A DNA stretch of 64,000 bases from Chrysomallon squamiferum (Eukaryota > Animalia > Mollusca), in assembly GCA_012295275.1 (NCBI GenBank), contig CM022665.1, positions 17,236,001 through 17,300,000 of the forward strand, read 5' to 3'. A program made the position numbers and the translations under genes. The notes beneath the pieces were generated by a model. That model was not told the DNA's origin. It made no database searches and saw nothing but the letters and a program-made list of their open reading frames with translations. Positions 51,855-64,000 of this stretch are shown in pieces; position 1 is the first letter of the stretch, and each line of letters opens with the position of its first letter.

Positions 51855-51990
51855 AAATTCTGACATATCTAAACAATGGACTGTATTTTAGATATTGCGA
51901 TTTATCTAAACATTTGACTGTGTATTTTATATATTCAGATTTATCTAAACACTAGGCTTTGCATTTTAGATATTGTTATATACCTAAATC
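51855..51990 (-). repeat. ~39-bp minisatellite, inverted copy of the 61.8-62.2 kb family
   Basis: GATTTATCTAAACA..GACTGTGTATTTTA units are the reverse complement of TAAAATACACAGTC..TGTTTAGATAAATC. Confidence 0.8.
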
Positions 51991-52315
51991 TCATTATGTG
52001 CAGTTTACAACAAATCCTGAAAATAATCAGAAAGGCTGATGTAATGGCATTTTATAACACCATTAAAATATTTGCAAAGAACATCTAAGTAAATGAAAAA
52101 GTAGTGAGAAAACTGAAACAAAAACAATAAATATAGAGAAAAACGCTAGATACTGAGTAGCATGTGATCAAGTTTGGGTTCAGTTGGAATCACAAAAATT
52201 CTATACATCACTGATTAGAAATTTGTTGTAGCCTAAAATGTCTTGACCATGTTACTGTGATGTATTCGAGAGCTACATTACATCAGAATAATTGCTGCTA
52301 ATCCTATAAACACTG

Positions 52316-52752
52316 CAGGCATCAAACAAAATCTGGAGGAACCAGAAAACCAGCTATTTTTTTAACAGACTACTTTTCAGTTAGGTGTATTTTCTATCAG
52401 TTTGTGCTGAGTCAGTTCAAGAGAGATGTTTCCGAGTACAGATGACCCTCTAACAAATTATTTTTTTCTTTCACTTTAATCTCATTTTCCTTTATTATCA
52501 TGTCTAGAAGAATTGCAGAAATGCAACGTGCTAGTGAAAAGCATAATCTATAGAAGTATTTTAAGAATTTAAGTAATTAATGAAGGTAAAATAGACCCTG
52601 GTTTAGAATTATATTAATTTGTATCTGTTCTTTATTTTTCTTTGTTTATTTTATATTTTAAGTAGTTTTATCCTTTATCCTGAAATCTGACAAATCCAGA
52701 AATCACCACAACTCCTGCTCCCAGTCTTACCAGATAAATGGTTTGGTACATG
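52316..52752. mobile_element. decayed MITE related to the 10910-11230 element
   Basis: The right end CCAGATAAATGGTTTGGTACATG resembles CCGGGTAATTGGTCTGGTATCTG. The left end CAGGCATCAAAC is a partial inverted match. Confidence 0.35.
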
Positions 52753-53439
52753 AATTGCTTATATGATGTGATCTGGGTAAACCCTGCATGGCGACAAAAA
52801 TCAATTTTAGCTATTTTATTTTTTTGATGATTTAACATATTTATTATTTAACTTTTCAATAACCATTAAAGTTATATTACAATAAAGGTAATTCCTAACC
52901 ACAAATGAATATTAGAGAAAAATAAATCATAATACATACATGCATACATATATATGAAAGAGAAGAAAGAAAACATACAAATATAATTAAATAAAAGAAA
53001 AAATATATATTTTAAAATTATTATTTATATTTATTTATTATTTACTAATTTTTATAAATAAATAGTTATAAAAATATTTTACTGCATTTTGAAGGTAAGT
53101 AAGTAAAAAAAAGACTTACATAAATACAGACACATGCACACACCACTCATACTCGAGTTGACAGCAACGCACAGCAACTGTTTTCAAACATTTAAAAAAA
53201 CAAATCACAGGGATTTACAAATATTAAATGTTTTAATGAATAAAGAATTTAAAACCACAGAATACAAATTACAAATTCTTGAATATATTATAAAAACTTT
53301 TTTTTTTTTTTTTTTTTTTTTTTGGCGTACTATATAGAATATTTTTTTGTCATTAGAAACTGTAACAAGCATTTCACGTTAATTATATGTCAAGAAACAG
53401 AATTTATTAACAATGTGGTTACCTCCCTTACTTGAAGTT

Positions 53440-54829
53440 AATTCCTCAATGTACTAGGCCTACGTGGTGGAGGAAAAAAAAAAAAAAAAAAAAAAACCGA
53501 AAATAAAATAACTACTTTAATTATATATATACACAGATAAAATAAAAAGGAAGAAATAATAATAACAACAACAACAACAACAACAACAACAATAATAATA
53601 AGAAAGAAAGAAAGAAAGAAAAAAGAAAACTAACAAAATTAAATTAATTAATTAATTTAAAATAACAAACATTCGTTCTCCATAATCATAATGATAATAC
53701 AGCAATGATAATTTTATATTCACTTCCCAAATATAAATCTTTTGAATAATGAATCGTTTTCTTTTAACAAGTATCGGATTTGCGACTATGGGCACAACAG
53801 GTTTCGGCTTCCTATTTTATATTTTATTAATGTACATTTTCTTTTCTTAATTACCATAAGTTATTTCATTTGAAACGGTAACTGCATAATCTTTTTCTGC
53901 TTGAGTCATCAAACTAAACATACAAACAATAAACAGACAAAAATCACTTATGAATAATAATTCACATATTTTTATCAGTTGACTGCATACATATAAGAAT
54001 TACAAAATGAGAAAACATTTAATGGCTGAAAGATGAAAATAATGTTAAAACCATATCTATACATACTAATAAAAACAACAACAACAACAATAATAAATAA
54101 TAATAATCTGCACACATTTATTTACTCGGAAATTTGAATTATCAGTAAGGACAATATTGCATACGCTCTGGTTTTAATGTTATGTCACACGTTCTAGTCA
54201 CTTCTGCTGATCTTGGCAGACGACTGATTTGGATAGTTTGTTCACAGAGAAAGAGGTAATTATGTATTGACAGTAATAATAGCAGCAGCATTTGCTTCCG
54301 GACTTTTTTTTCCCTTCTTCTTCCTTATATTTAATTAATTAATTAATTACTGAAGATAAATTTTAATGTAATTTTTTATTTACTTTGTTTTATTTCGCGC
54401 CTTTAAATAAAATGTAAAATTAATACAACACTTTTATAAAGTAATGTATCAATCTATTTTTGTCCACCAGTAAATTATTTTATTTTTGATTTTTGTTATA
54501 TATGCGAATAAACAATGTATGTCCTATGTCACTATATCTAATCATGCATACACGTTATAAAGTTTATTAACACATTTTGTTCTTTCACGCAGGACAGTAT
54601 ACACGGCGTCTTATAGTGGGATCGAATTTTTATTTTCTATTTTTTAATATTTTAATTAATTAATTAACATTATTACTATTGTTATTTAAAAACAAATCAA
54701 TTATCCCAATTAAGGCCTCATATCATTACTCCCCCATATTAGCCAACAAATAAAAATTAGAGTATTACAGACTAGCAAACAACTTACTTGTCTACAAAAT
54801 TTAATATACTGGTTAAAACCTTAGGTTAC

Positions 54830-54904
<75 letters not shown>

Positions 54905-56100
54905 TTATTATTATTATTTTATTATTAAGAATCAATTACTTAAATAAATCAATCTTCAAGTATAGGCTTACAAGGGACAATGCTGTATTCTGTAAGTTCG
55001 TGAGATTTTTATTTTGTGTTTTTAAAAAAAAAAATTAATTATTTAAATTTTGAAATTAAATTTCTGAGAACTTTACTATTGTTGTTGTTGTTGTTGATGC
55101 TGCTGCTGCTTTGATTTCTGCCAGCGGTATCATCAGTATGTATAGAGTATATGGTTATTTAACCAGCGTAAAGCAGTGTGAAGAAAAAAATCATATATAA
55201 ATTTTTTATTTTCTTGGTTAGATTTTAATTTGTTTTAGTTATTATATGAATTCTTTTGTTGCTGAATGTAAAGTATTAAATTTTGTAATTAATAATACTG
55301 TATAACTTGAGAATCAGCTGTTATGTCATATAAATAAAACAAGGAAATATAATTGTTGCCTACAGTTTTAATTTCAAATAAACTGAATGTGATGGATTAA
55401 AAAATATAAATACATTGCTTGCTAGAATGGCAAGATGTATAAGAATGTTCAGCATTATAACAGTATTTTAAATTTTAAAATATTTTTGGTGGTAGTAAAA
55501 TGTTATAGTTGTTTCTTTCACTGCCTTTTTTTAATTTAAATATTTTAAATTTTATACTTTTTAAAAATGATTATTGTCCTGGAAATAAAAGTGAAATTAA
55601 GAATTTATCACATACAGTTCAAGAATAACCTTAGTCTGATTTTTGTCTTTATTAATATTTTTATTTTATTATTATTATTATTTTAATTATTATTTTTACA
55701 AAATATATTGATTATCCACAATTAAGGGCTCATACCATTAGTTCACATATTATTTTCTGACAGATTTTTAACTAGCAGAGATTTATTTACCAAATTTATG
55801 TGAAGCTGAAATTATTTTAGAGGTTTAAAAAACCTGTGATCTTTACTATTGCTACTACCTTTACTAACAATAATAATATTAATAGTGATATTGAAAATGA
55901 TGATGATGATAATATAAATAAATAAATAAATATTCAGTTTTTGATAATTTTTAAATGCAATACATTTTTTTGAATTATTTTCGTATGTATTGTTTTTAAT
56001 ATTATATTAGGCCTTTTCAGCAAGAGGCCCACTAACATAGATCAAATCTGCAGGGGCACAACAGTTTTATAATGCAGATGGTAATTTAGACTTCAGTAAC
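53440..56100 (+). repeat. segmental duplication, copy A
   Basis: Long near-identical blocks shared with 62240-64000, e.g. 53893-53960=62623-62690, 54101-54190=62832-62922, 55176-55350=62979-63170, 55693-55900=63326-63535, 55950-56070=63767-63885. Confidence 0.92.
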
Positions 56101-56615
56101 ACAGCTAGATCAAATACTCAGCTACATAATTACTATTTCATGCAAGCAATTGTTCTATACAATTTTAAAAATTTCACTTTCAGTTTACTGAAATGAATAA
56201 AAAGTAAATAAAAAAGGTATAATTTGACTCTAATTCCTAGGTTTGCATTCACTCTGATCACTTTTAAAAGTGTACCTGTGAAACAATGAAATAATGTCTT
56301 GAATATATTCTGTGAATTTCTTTCTGTCTGGTCGCCAATCTGTTCTAATAAAATAGTATTACCTCGAATTTCAGGGATGCCACCATTTTTCCCTTTGGAG
56401 TTGTAGCTATGGCACTGTGGCATACAGTGTACTTAACAAAAATAATAATAATAAAACAACACAAATAATAGAATACTATTTGTGCAGCATTCCTAAGAAT
56501 AATAAATCATGAAATGAAAGGATAATGGAATGTAAAGTTTGATAATGTAGAAAGGACAAACAGAAAAATGCAGAAAAAGTATTTCCATTTATCAAAGCCA
56601 AATTCAAGAGAAGAA

Positions 56616-56655
<40 letters not shown>

Positions 56656-58754
56656 TAGAGAAATAATAAACACTGTTTCCTAATCTATGAAGGTCAGTAT
56701 ATGTTTTGAAAGTAATTAGGGGGAAGTAAGTGCTAGCAAGATAGATTAAGTTGACTGCCTCCTATTGTGAGCTTTCATTAGCACTGGGATCTGTATGGTC
56801 ATGTCACATGATAATATATGGCAACTTCTTCCTAGAATTTAAGGGGGAACATTCCCAGAGAGTTTTTCAAGGTTCAGAGAATAATGTTCTCTGGCTCTTG
56901 ATATTGCAGGACCTTAAACAATTGTTAGTGAAGGTAAGCATTTTCACATTTGGTTAATAGTGGTTTTACACATGTGCAAGAGATCAGCTAAGATTAGTAA
57001 TTAATTTAGGCTTATTGCATTCATTTTAATATGTCTCCTAAAAAGGGATAATTAAGATATTATGTATTAATGATGAAACAATAATTATATTTTACTTGTG
57101 TATTTTCATTTATTTTGAATATGCTAGTGCACAATTTAATAAATGTCTTGGCATAACTTTAAGTAATAGTGGTTACAATTTATAATAATTAATGGGATTG
57201 GTATTCGTTTTCACATGGACATATATTTAAAAATAAACATGATTGATACACTGAGTATTTTCTCAGTAAACACAGTTGGTGACACTGGTTATGTGGGGTA
57301 AGCATTACTGACATCACTACTTACAGTACTGCATACATTTTATATTTATATGTAATTGTTAATTTATATGCATTGGTAATTGTATCTTTATGATGACAGT
57401 TATTCTTTTCTTTAAATGTCTCAGTTATGTTTTATTTATGTTTTCAATATAACCAAATTATGAATAACAAATACAGGATGTTCATATATATATTTATTAA
57501 AAAGCTTATGGTTTAATTATTATTAATGTATCATATATGTATAAAGTTTTTTAGTTTTTTAGTTTTTTTTTTATAGAGACTTTCATATAATGTAATTAGT
57601 TCTAGTTAATGTAAGTGGGAGAAATGATTACAGATAGATGCATGGTATTGGTTGTAGTAGACCAGGTGTCCAAGTGCCAGAAACAGATAGAAATGAAATC
57701 ACACCCATTAATCTGGTGTCAGCTATGAGTTAATGGGTTCCTACAAAAGAATCAACAGAACCACTGCTATTACATAAACAGTGGGCTTAAAATTCCAAAC
57801 TGAAGTTAAGTGCTTTTGTTAAAGGTTTGATGTTTTGAACTGTATATTAATATTATATATTTGGTCGTATATTTGTTTCCTTTTATCTAAACATCAGGTT
57901 TTTTTTATATTGGTTTGATTTGTTCTGATTTTACAACTGTAGAATCTTTATTATGATTTGTATTAATTAAATATTGTCAATTTGTAGTATTATTATTTCT
58001 ATATCAGGGATTATCTAGTATTAAAGCCCTTTGATTTTTAACCCTGTCTTGGTTGTTTATTCCTTGGACAGTAATCTGATGAGTAACTTATATAGTGAGT
58101 TACATACATATAGCTATTATATTATATCAACTTATCAGTATCATCTTATCCACCCCTCCCCCATCACACACACACACACACACACACACATTGTTTTTGT
58201 TAACCCTAAAATTGAAGTTTGGGCACAAAAATAATTCTTTATAGCTCACAAGTTAATAATACAATGCATTAAGTTATAATTTATTGTATCATATAACTTA
58301 TTACAACCATCTGATATAGGAACTCCTCAGATATCTGGGCAAAGCTATAATTTTTATTTTGTTGAAACCTTAATCTCATGTGAGAATATTTTAGGTTTGT
58401 TCCTTGACAGAAAAAAAAAAAAAATAAAATAAAATAAGTAAAAACATAAATAATAAAATTGTTTAGGATTAAAAGTGTGCTGTTATGTATGATATGTGAA
58501 CTTTGCTCCAGTGGTCTTCTGTTATGATTTTAATAATTTCAAAACGCACAGATCATATATACAAGTGTGAAAACAAAAGAAAATTAAATGAAGAAAAAAG
58601 GAAGATACTTTCATTTTTTATTGTTTTTATTCAGGAGGAAAATAAATGCTGATGTACTCAGATCAGAGTATTATTATTTGTATTACATTCCTTTTACACC
58701 GTAAAGATCATAAATTTATAGAGAACTTTAAACATAATTAAAAACAATACACAA

Positions 58755-58846
58755 CACTAAATATTTCCTTGTTCAGTTTCAGTATGATGTAGTCTACAAG
58801 CTCTGTTTCAGTCAATTTGCATAAAAAAAGCTAAAGCCTATTATAC

Positions 58847-58894
<48 letters not shown>

Positions 58895-59010
58895 AAATAT
58901 GTCCTTGTTCAGTTTCGGTATGGTGCAATCTACTAGCTAAGTTTCAGTCCATTTGCATAATAAAACTTGCCTATGACAACCAGTATCAACAATACTAAAT
59001 ATTTCCTTGT
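58755..59010. repeat. short direct repeat, ~3 copies, interrupted by (TA)n
   Basis: ACTAAATAT(T/G)TCCTTGT at ~58756, ~58892 and ~58994. Confidence 0.75.
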
Positions 59011-59595
59011 GCTGTTGACACAAGAAGACATTGAAGTTTAATAATGAATCGTAAACCAAATTATTCAGACAACAATGAGGAGAATGGTGAGATTATTTTT
59101 GTTTTTCCTATTTACGTTTGAATTTGATGTATCTATATCAGTTGATTAATTGTCACTTACAGATTTGAAGATTAATTAATCATTTTTTTCTCTTTGTTTT
59201 TAGATTTAATAATAATTTCTTATTCTTAATTTTGTTTTTTTCTGTAACAAAAAAGATTAATTATTTTATTTTTATTAAAACTTTATTTTATTTTTATTTT
59301 TTAATTAAGAAATTATCATTATTAAATTTTAATGAAATATTTAATACTGTAGATACAGACTGATAGTCTACAATTGTATTACACAGATAATAAAAGTTTC
59401 TGGTATGAAAATCGTATGATATGTATCCTGTGTAAGTTATAAGTGCTGTTTATGTTTTATATAATTTTTAAAAGCAAAGTATTTTTACATCTTATCGGTT
59501 TAAAATATTTTTATGATATTAGTTCTGCTGAACAAAGACCAACAAAGACTGATGAAATGTGCAAGGGCACATCACTTATGTCCTTCATATTTACA

Positions 59596-59630
<35 letters not shown>

Positions 59631-59918
59631 TATTAAACTTTTTTCAGTTTGAGTTCAAGAAATTAGGTATGTTGACTTACTGCGAAATAGCAATCTATTA
59701 AAAGTAATAAAAATTGTATGTAAACTTTTTTTAATGATAAATTTTTCATTTTCAGTTTGCTTTACTTATCTTATTATATTGAATGCCTAAACAGGAAAAT
59801 TAGGAATAAAATTACCTTTTGTACACAGAAGAAAAATGTCGAGGACTATTTTATACATCTGTTCAGGAATCTGTATAAAATATATATTAGTGGTAAATGG
59901 CCAATGTTGTAGTGGGAA

Positions 59919-59979
<61 letters not shown>

Positions 59980-60425
59980 AAATAAATAAATAAATAAATA
60001 AAAATAAAAAACAATAATAATAATAAAGCTGTTAAATAAATAAACTATAAAAAAAAAAATGTGTCTGTCTTTTGCTGCTAATGGTACAGTTGCAGCCTGT
60101 TTGGCTATATGCAAAAATTGGTAGCTGTATCAGATAACAAATAATAAGTGAATTTTAAAAAAAGATGATAAGCTTAAAATGAATGAATAAATAAATTCAT
60201 ATTCTGTCAGTTATTTTATTTATAAAAAACCCACAAAACAACAAACACAATTGATAATGTTCATGGTGCCACTAAAGACAGCTAATGGGAATGATCTGCT
60301 ATCATTCACATCATTAATTTGCAAAGATTGTATTTGGTTCTCTATTCTCACAATTATAAATTGCAGAGGTAACAACACAATGTTGCTCTTGTTACTGCAA
60401 AAGACATGATATGTAAAAAAAAAAA

Positions 60426-60466
<41 letters not shown>

Positions 60467-61789
60467 TAATAACAAAAACAACAACAGTAATAATAATAAA
60501 AAAATTATAAAAAGCATGACCATATTTCTCTGTGTGATACAAAGAATTATAAGGCCCTATAAGCCTTAAATGAAACAGTCATGCAGGCGATAAAGTTTTG
60601 GCACTGGAAATTATTATGTGTATCTAATAGATGTTACTTGAGCACATAATTCCTTCAGAATTCATTCAGAAACTATAGAATGGTTTCAAACAGCAGGAAA
60701 TAGAAACCTGGTTCAAAATGTTTTTTTTTTGACATTATGGGAACAGTTTCAGTTTTTGATTATTTATAACCACAATATACTTCTATTTTTTACTTTTTAT
60801 TCATTAAAAAAGATAATATTAATTAAAAAATATATGTATGTATAAAATATTGTTATTGTATTTATCATATTTTCTAGAAAACGTTAAAAAAGATGGTTTT
60901 TCTCTCACTTATAGAAATGATCAGCATCAAAATGATAGATGTATTCACAATGAATTTTATGCAACATATAAAATTACTTTTTAATGTCCTAACCACCTTG
61001 TACCAGTACAAATGTTTCTGTTTTAGAATGTGGGGAAAGAACAAAATATTCAAAATAATTAACATTATATAAGTCTGTGCATGTTACAAAACAGAGATCA
61101 TGAAAAACCACTGAATAATATAGAAGAAATAAAATTGTAGAGCATGCTTAAGAAAAACTGGGAGTTACAAATTAATGAAGAGCTATTTATTAAATATTAA
61201 TAATGTGGTTTACATGAATTGACACAACAGTATACATTAAATTAAGAACAACAAGCACTTTCATGTCAGTAGATTTATATATCACTAAAAATGTCCATTA
61301 TCCAGAGAGAACATACATGAATAATTTTTCTGATTAAATTTGTTTTTGGTAAACAGACTGAAAACTGTTTAAATGTTATTATAATTACAGTACTGAATGT
61401 TATGTTATTTTTGTGATGATCATGAAAATTTTCAAATTTAGAAAATTGATTATGATAAATTTCAATACCTTTGCTTACATTTTCAAAAATGTTTTATTCT
61501 CTTGCTGGTTTTTTATATTATTTAGATATGATACTTGTTGATCACTATATAAAATATAAATGATAAATGTAGAAATGCAAATAATTAATTTTAATTCCTA
61601 ATCCAATTAGTGATAATAAACAAAGCAGGATATAACAACATTCTGAGTTTAAAGTTCTCATTTACAGTTAAATAATCAAGGACAAAACTCAAAAATGAAT
61701 GATTCCATGGAGGCCACAAAACAAACAGAAGACAATGAATGAACACCAAAGGTAAATATATCTCTTTGTAGTTATTAATTTAGAGCAGA

Positions 61790-62212
61790 ATATTTAAAAT
61801 GCACAGACTGCACTTTAGATAAATTAGTATGTATAAAATAGAGAGCCTAGTGTTTAATGAATTAGAATATGTAAAATACACAGCCTAGTATTTAGAGAAA
61901 TCAGAATATGAAAAAAGACACAGTCCAGTGGTTAGATAAATTAGTAAAATACACTGTAATTTAGATAAATCAGAATTATGTAAAATACAAAGTCTACTGT
62001 ATAGATAAATCAGAATATGTAAAATTCACAGCCCAGTGTTTAGACAAATCTGAATGTGTAAAATACACTGGTTATAGTTCAGACAAACCAGAATATTTAA
62101 AATACACAATCTAGTGTTTAGATCAATCAGAATACGTAAAATATACATGCTGCACTTCAGATAAATAAGTACATGTAAAATGCAGCTTCAAGTTTAGATA
62201 AATTAGAATATT
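61790..62212 (+). repeat. ~39-bp minisatellite (TTTAGATAAATCAGAATATGTAAAATACACAGTCCAGTG), ~11 copies
   Basis: Periodic units directly visible. Confidence 0.92.
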
Positions 62213-62239
62213 GTAAAAAAAAAAAGGCTAGAGTTATTC

Positions 62240-62295
62240 TGTGCTACTCATTTTCAAAATACTAGACCTACAAGGGGAAAAAAATGAAAACAAAT

Positions 62296-62342
<47 letters not shown>

Positions 62343-64000
62343 TAATAGATAAATAAATAACAAAAATTAATTAATTAATTTAAAAAAAAAACAACAACAA
62401 CAACAAACAAACAAACATTCATTCTCCATAATGTAGCAATCATAATTTTACATTCACTTCCAAAAGACAAATCTTTTGAATTGTGAATAATTTTTTATAA
62501 GCGAGTATTGGATTCATAATTATGCTGCAGCTCAGGGCCTTAAAATCTAGGAGGGCTTTGCTTCCTATTTTCTTTAATTAACCAGACATTATTTCATTTG
62601 CAACGATAATCTGCATAGTTTGTTTTCTGCTTGAGTCATCAAACTAAACGTACAAACATTAAACAGACAAAAATCACTTATGAATAATATTTCACGTATT
62701 TCATCACCTGACTGCATAACTGACTATCTATCTATCTATCTATCTATCTATATAAGGATGACAAAGTGAGAAACATTTAATGGCTGAAATATGAAAATAA
62801 AGTAAAGACCACATAAATTAAAATATGTTAATAATAATCTGCACACATTTATTTACTCGGAAATTTTGAATTATCAGTAAGGACAATATTGCATACGCTC
62901 TGGTTTTAATGTTACGTCACACATCTGGCCAAGCTAATTAAGAATATAAAAATGTAAAAAATACTTAAAGAGTAAAGGAGTGTGAAGAAAAAAATCATAT
63001 AAGTAAATTTTTTATTTTCTTGGTTAGATTTTAATTTGTTTTAGTTATTATATGAATTCTTTTGTTTCTAAATCTAAAGTATTAAATTTTGTAATTAATC
63101 TAACTGTTATAATACTGTATAACTTGAGAATCAGCTGTTATGTCATTTAAATAAAACAAGGAAATATAATTTTTTACGGACATTCTGCTTTAATTGTTAC
63201 CAGCAGTTTTAATTTCAAATGTTATTAAATTAATTACTTTTCTTTTTATTATTATCTTTATTATTATTATTATTATTATTTTGTTTTTTTTTTTTTTTTT
63301 ATTGTTATTATTTTTTGAATTATTATTTTTACAAAATATATTGATTATCCACAATTAAGGGCTCATACCATTAGTTCACATATTATTTGCTGACAGATTT
63401 TTAACTAGCAGAGATTTATTTACCAAATTTATGTGAAAATGAAATTATTTTAGAGGTTTAAAAAACCTGTGATCCTTACTATTGCTACTACCATTACTAA
63501 CAATAATAATATTAATAATGATATTGAATGAGATAATAATGATGATGATGATAAAAATATAAATAAATAAATATTTTATCATTTACCATCACACAAAACC
63601 AAATAAATGAAACATACATAACGTATTTTAGATTATTATTTATAAAATTACAAAACACTGTAAGTGTTAAATGAAAAAGAGAATTCAGAAGATAAAAATT
63701 TCTAGTTTGTAAATCATTATATTAATTCAGTAGTCGTTACAGGCACATTTTCAGTTTTTCAATAAATTTTAAATGCATTACATTTTTTTGAATTATTTTC
63801 GTATGTACTGTTTTTAATATTATATTAGGCCTTTTCAGCAAGAGGCCCACTAACATAGATCAAATTTGCAGGGGCACAACAGTTTCATATAGCTGTTATT
63901 TCCCTTGTAATAACTTAATAATTACAATTTAAATATATAAAAATTTGGAAAAATAGAAACTTAAAAGTTTTATAAAGCAGATGGTAATTTAGACTTCAGC
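62240..64000 (+). repeat. segmental duplication, copy B (runs off the window end)
   Basis: Collinear with 53440-56100 but lacks ~54190-55170. Confidence 0.92.

Noticed and set aside
58070-58110. CTGATGAG followed by stem GTAACT/AGTTAC, resembling a hammerhead ribozyme core
   Set aside because: The required GAAA after stem II is missing (ATAC), and stems I and III are not evident.
61790-62212. Regularly spaced repeats resembling a CRISPR array
   Set aside because: Eukaryotic DNA; the units are contiguous and degenerate, with no unique spacers and no cas genes.

Overview
AT-rich, microsatellite-dense animal genomic DNA, probably molluscan (tentative, from the 5S sequence and SINE-like fragments). 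Most of the supplied ORF track is simple-repeat noise. Two spliced genes can be rebuilt by hand. (1) A minus-strand calponin/transgelin/myophilin-family gene (8156-26624, 210 aa: one CH domain and one calponin repeat). It has two paralogous alternative first coding exons that both splice in phase 0 to the same exon 2. (2) A plus-strand 20-exon ORC3 gene (32308-45805, 700 aa) with a textbook U12-type last intron and an E2F site in its promoter. Other content: a 5S rRNA copy with an internal deletion, several DNA-transposon MITEs (hAT-like, Tigger/pogo-like), SINE relics, a ~2.4 kb pyrimidine satellite, minisatellites and a local segmental duplication (53.4-56.1 kb vs 62.2-64 kb). The most distinctive pattern appears three times across both genes: tandem repeats whose unit contains the exon end and the splice site itself, leaving arrays of decoy splice junctions in the introns. 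Also notable are an unexplained open terminal-type exon just downstream of ORC3 and a possible spliced antisense transcript in the calponin intron.
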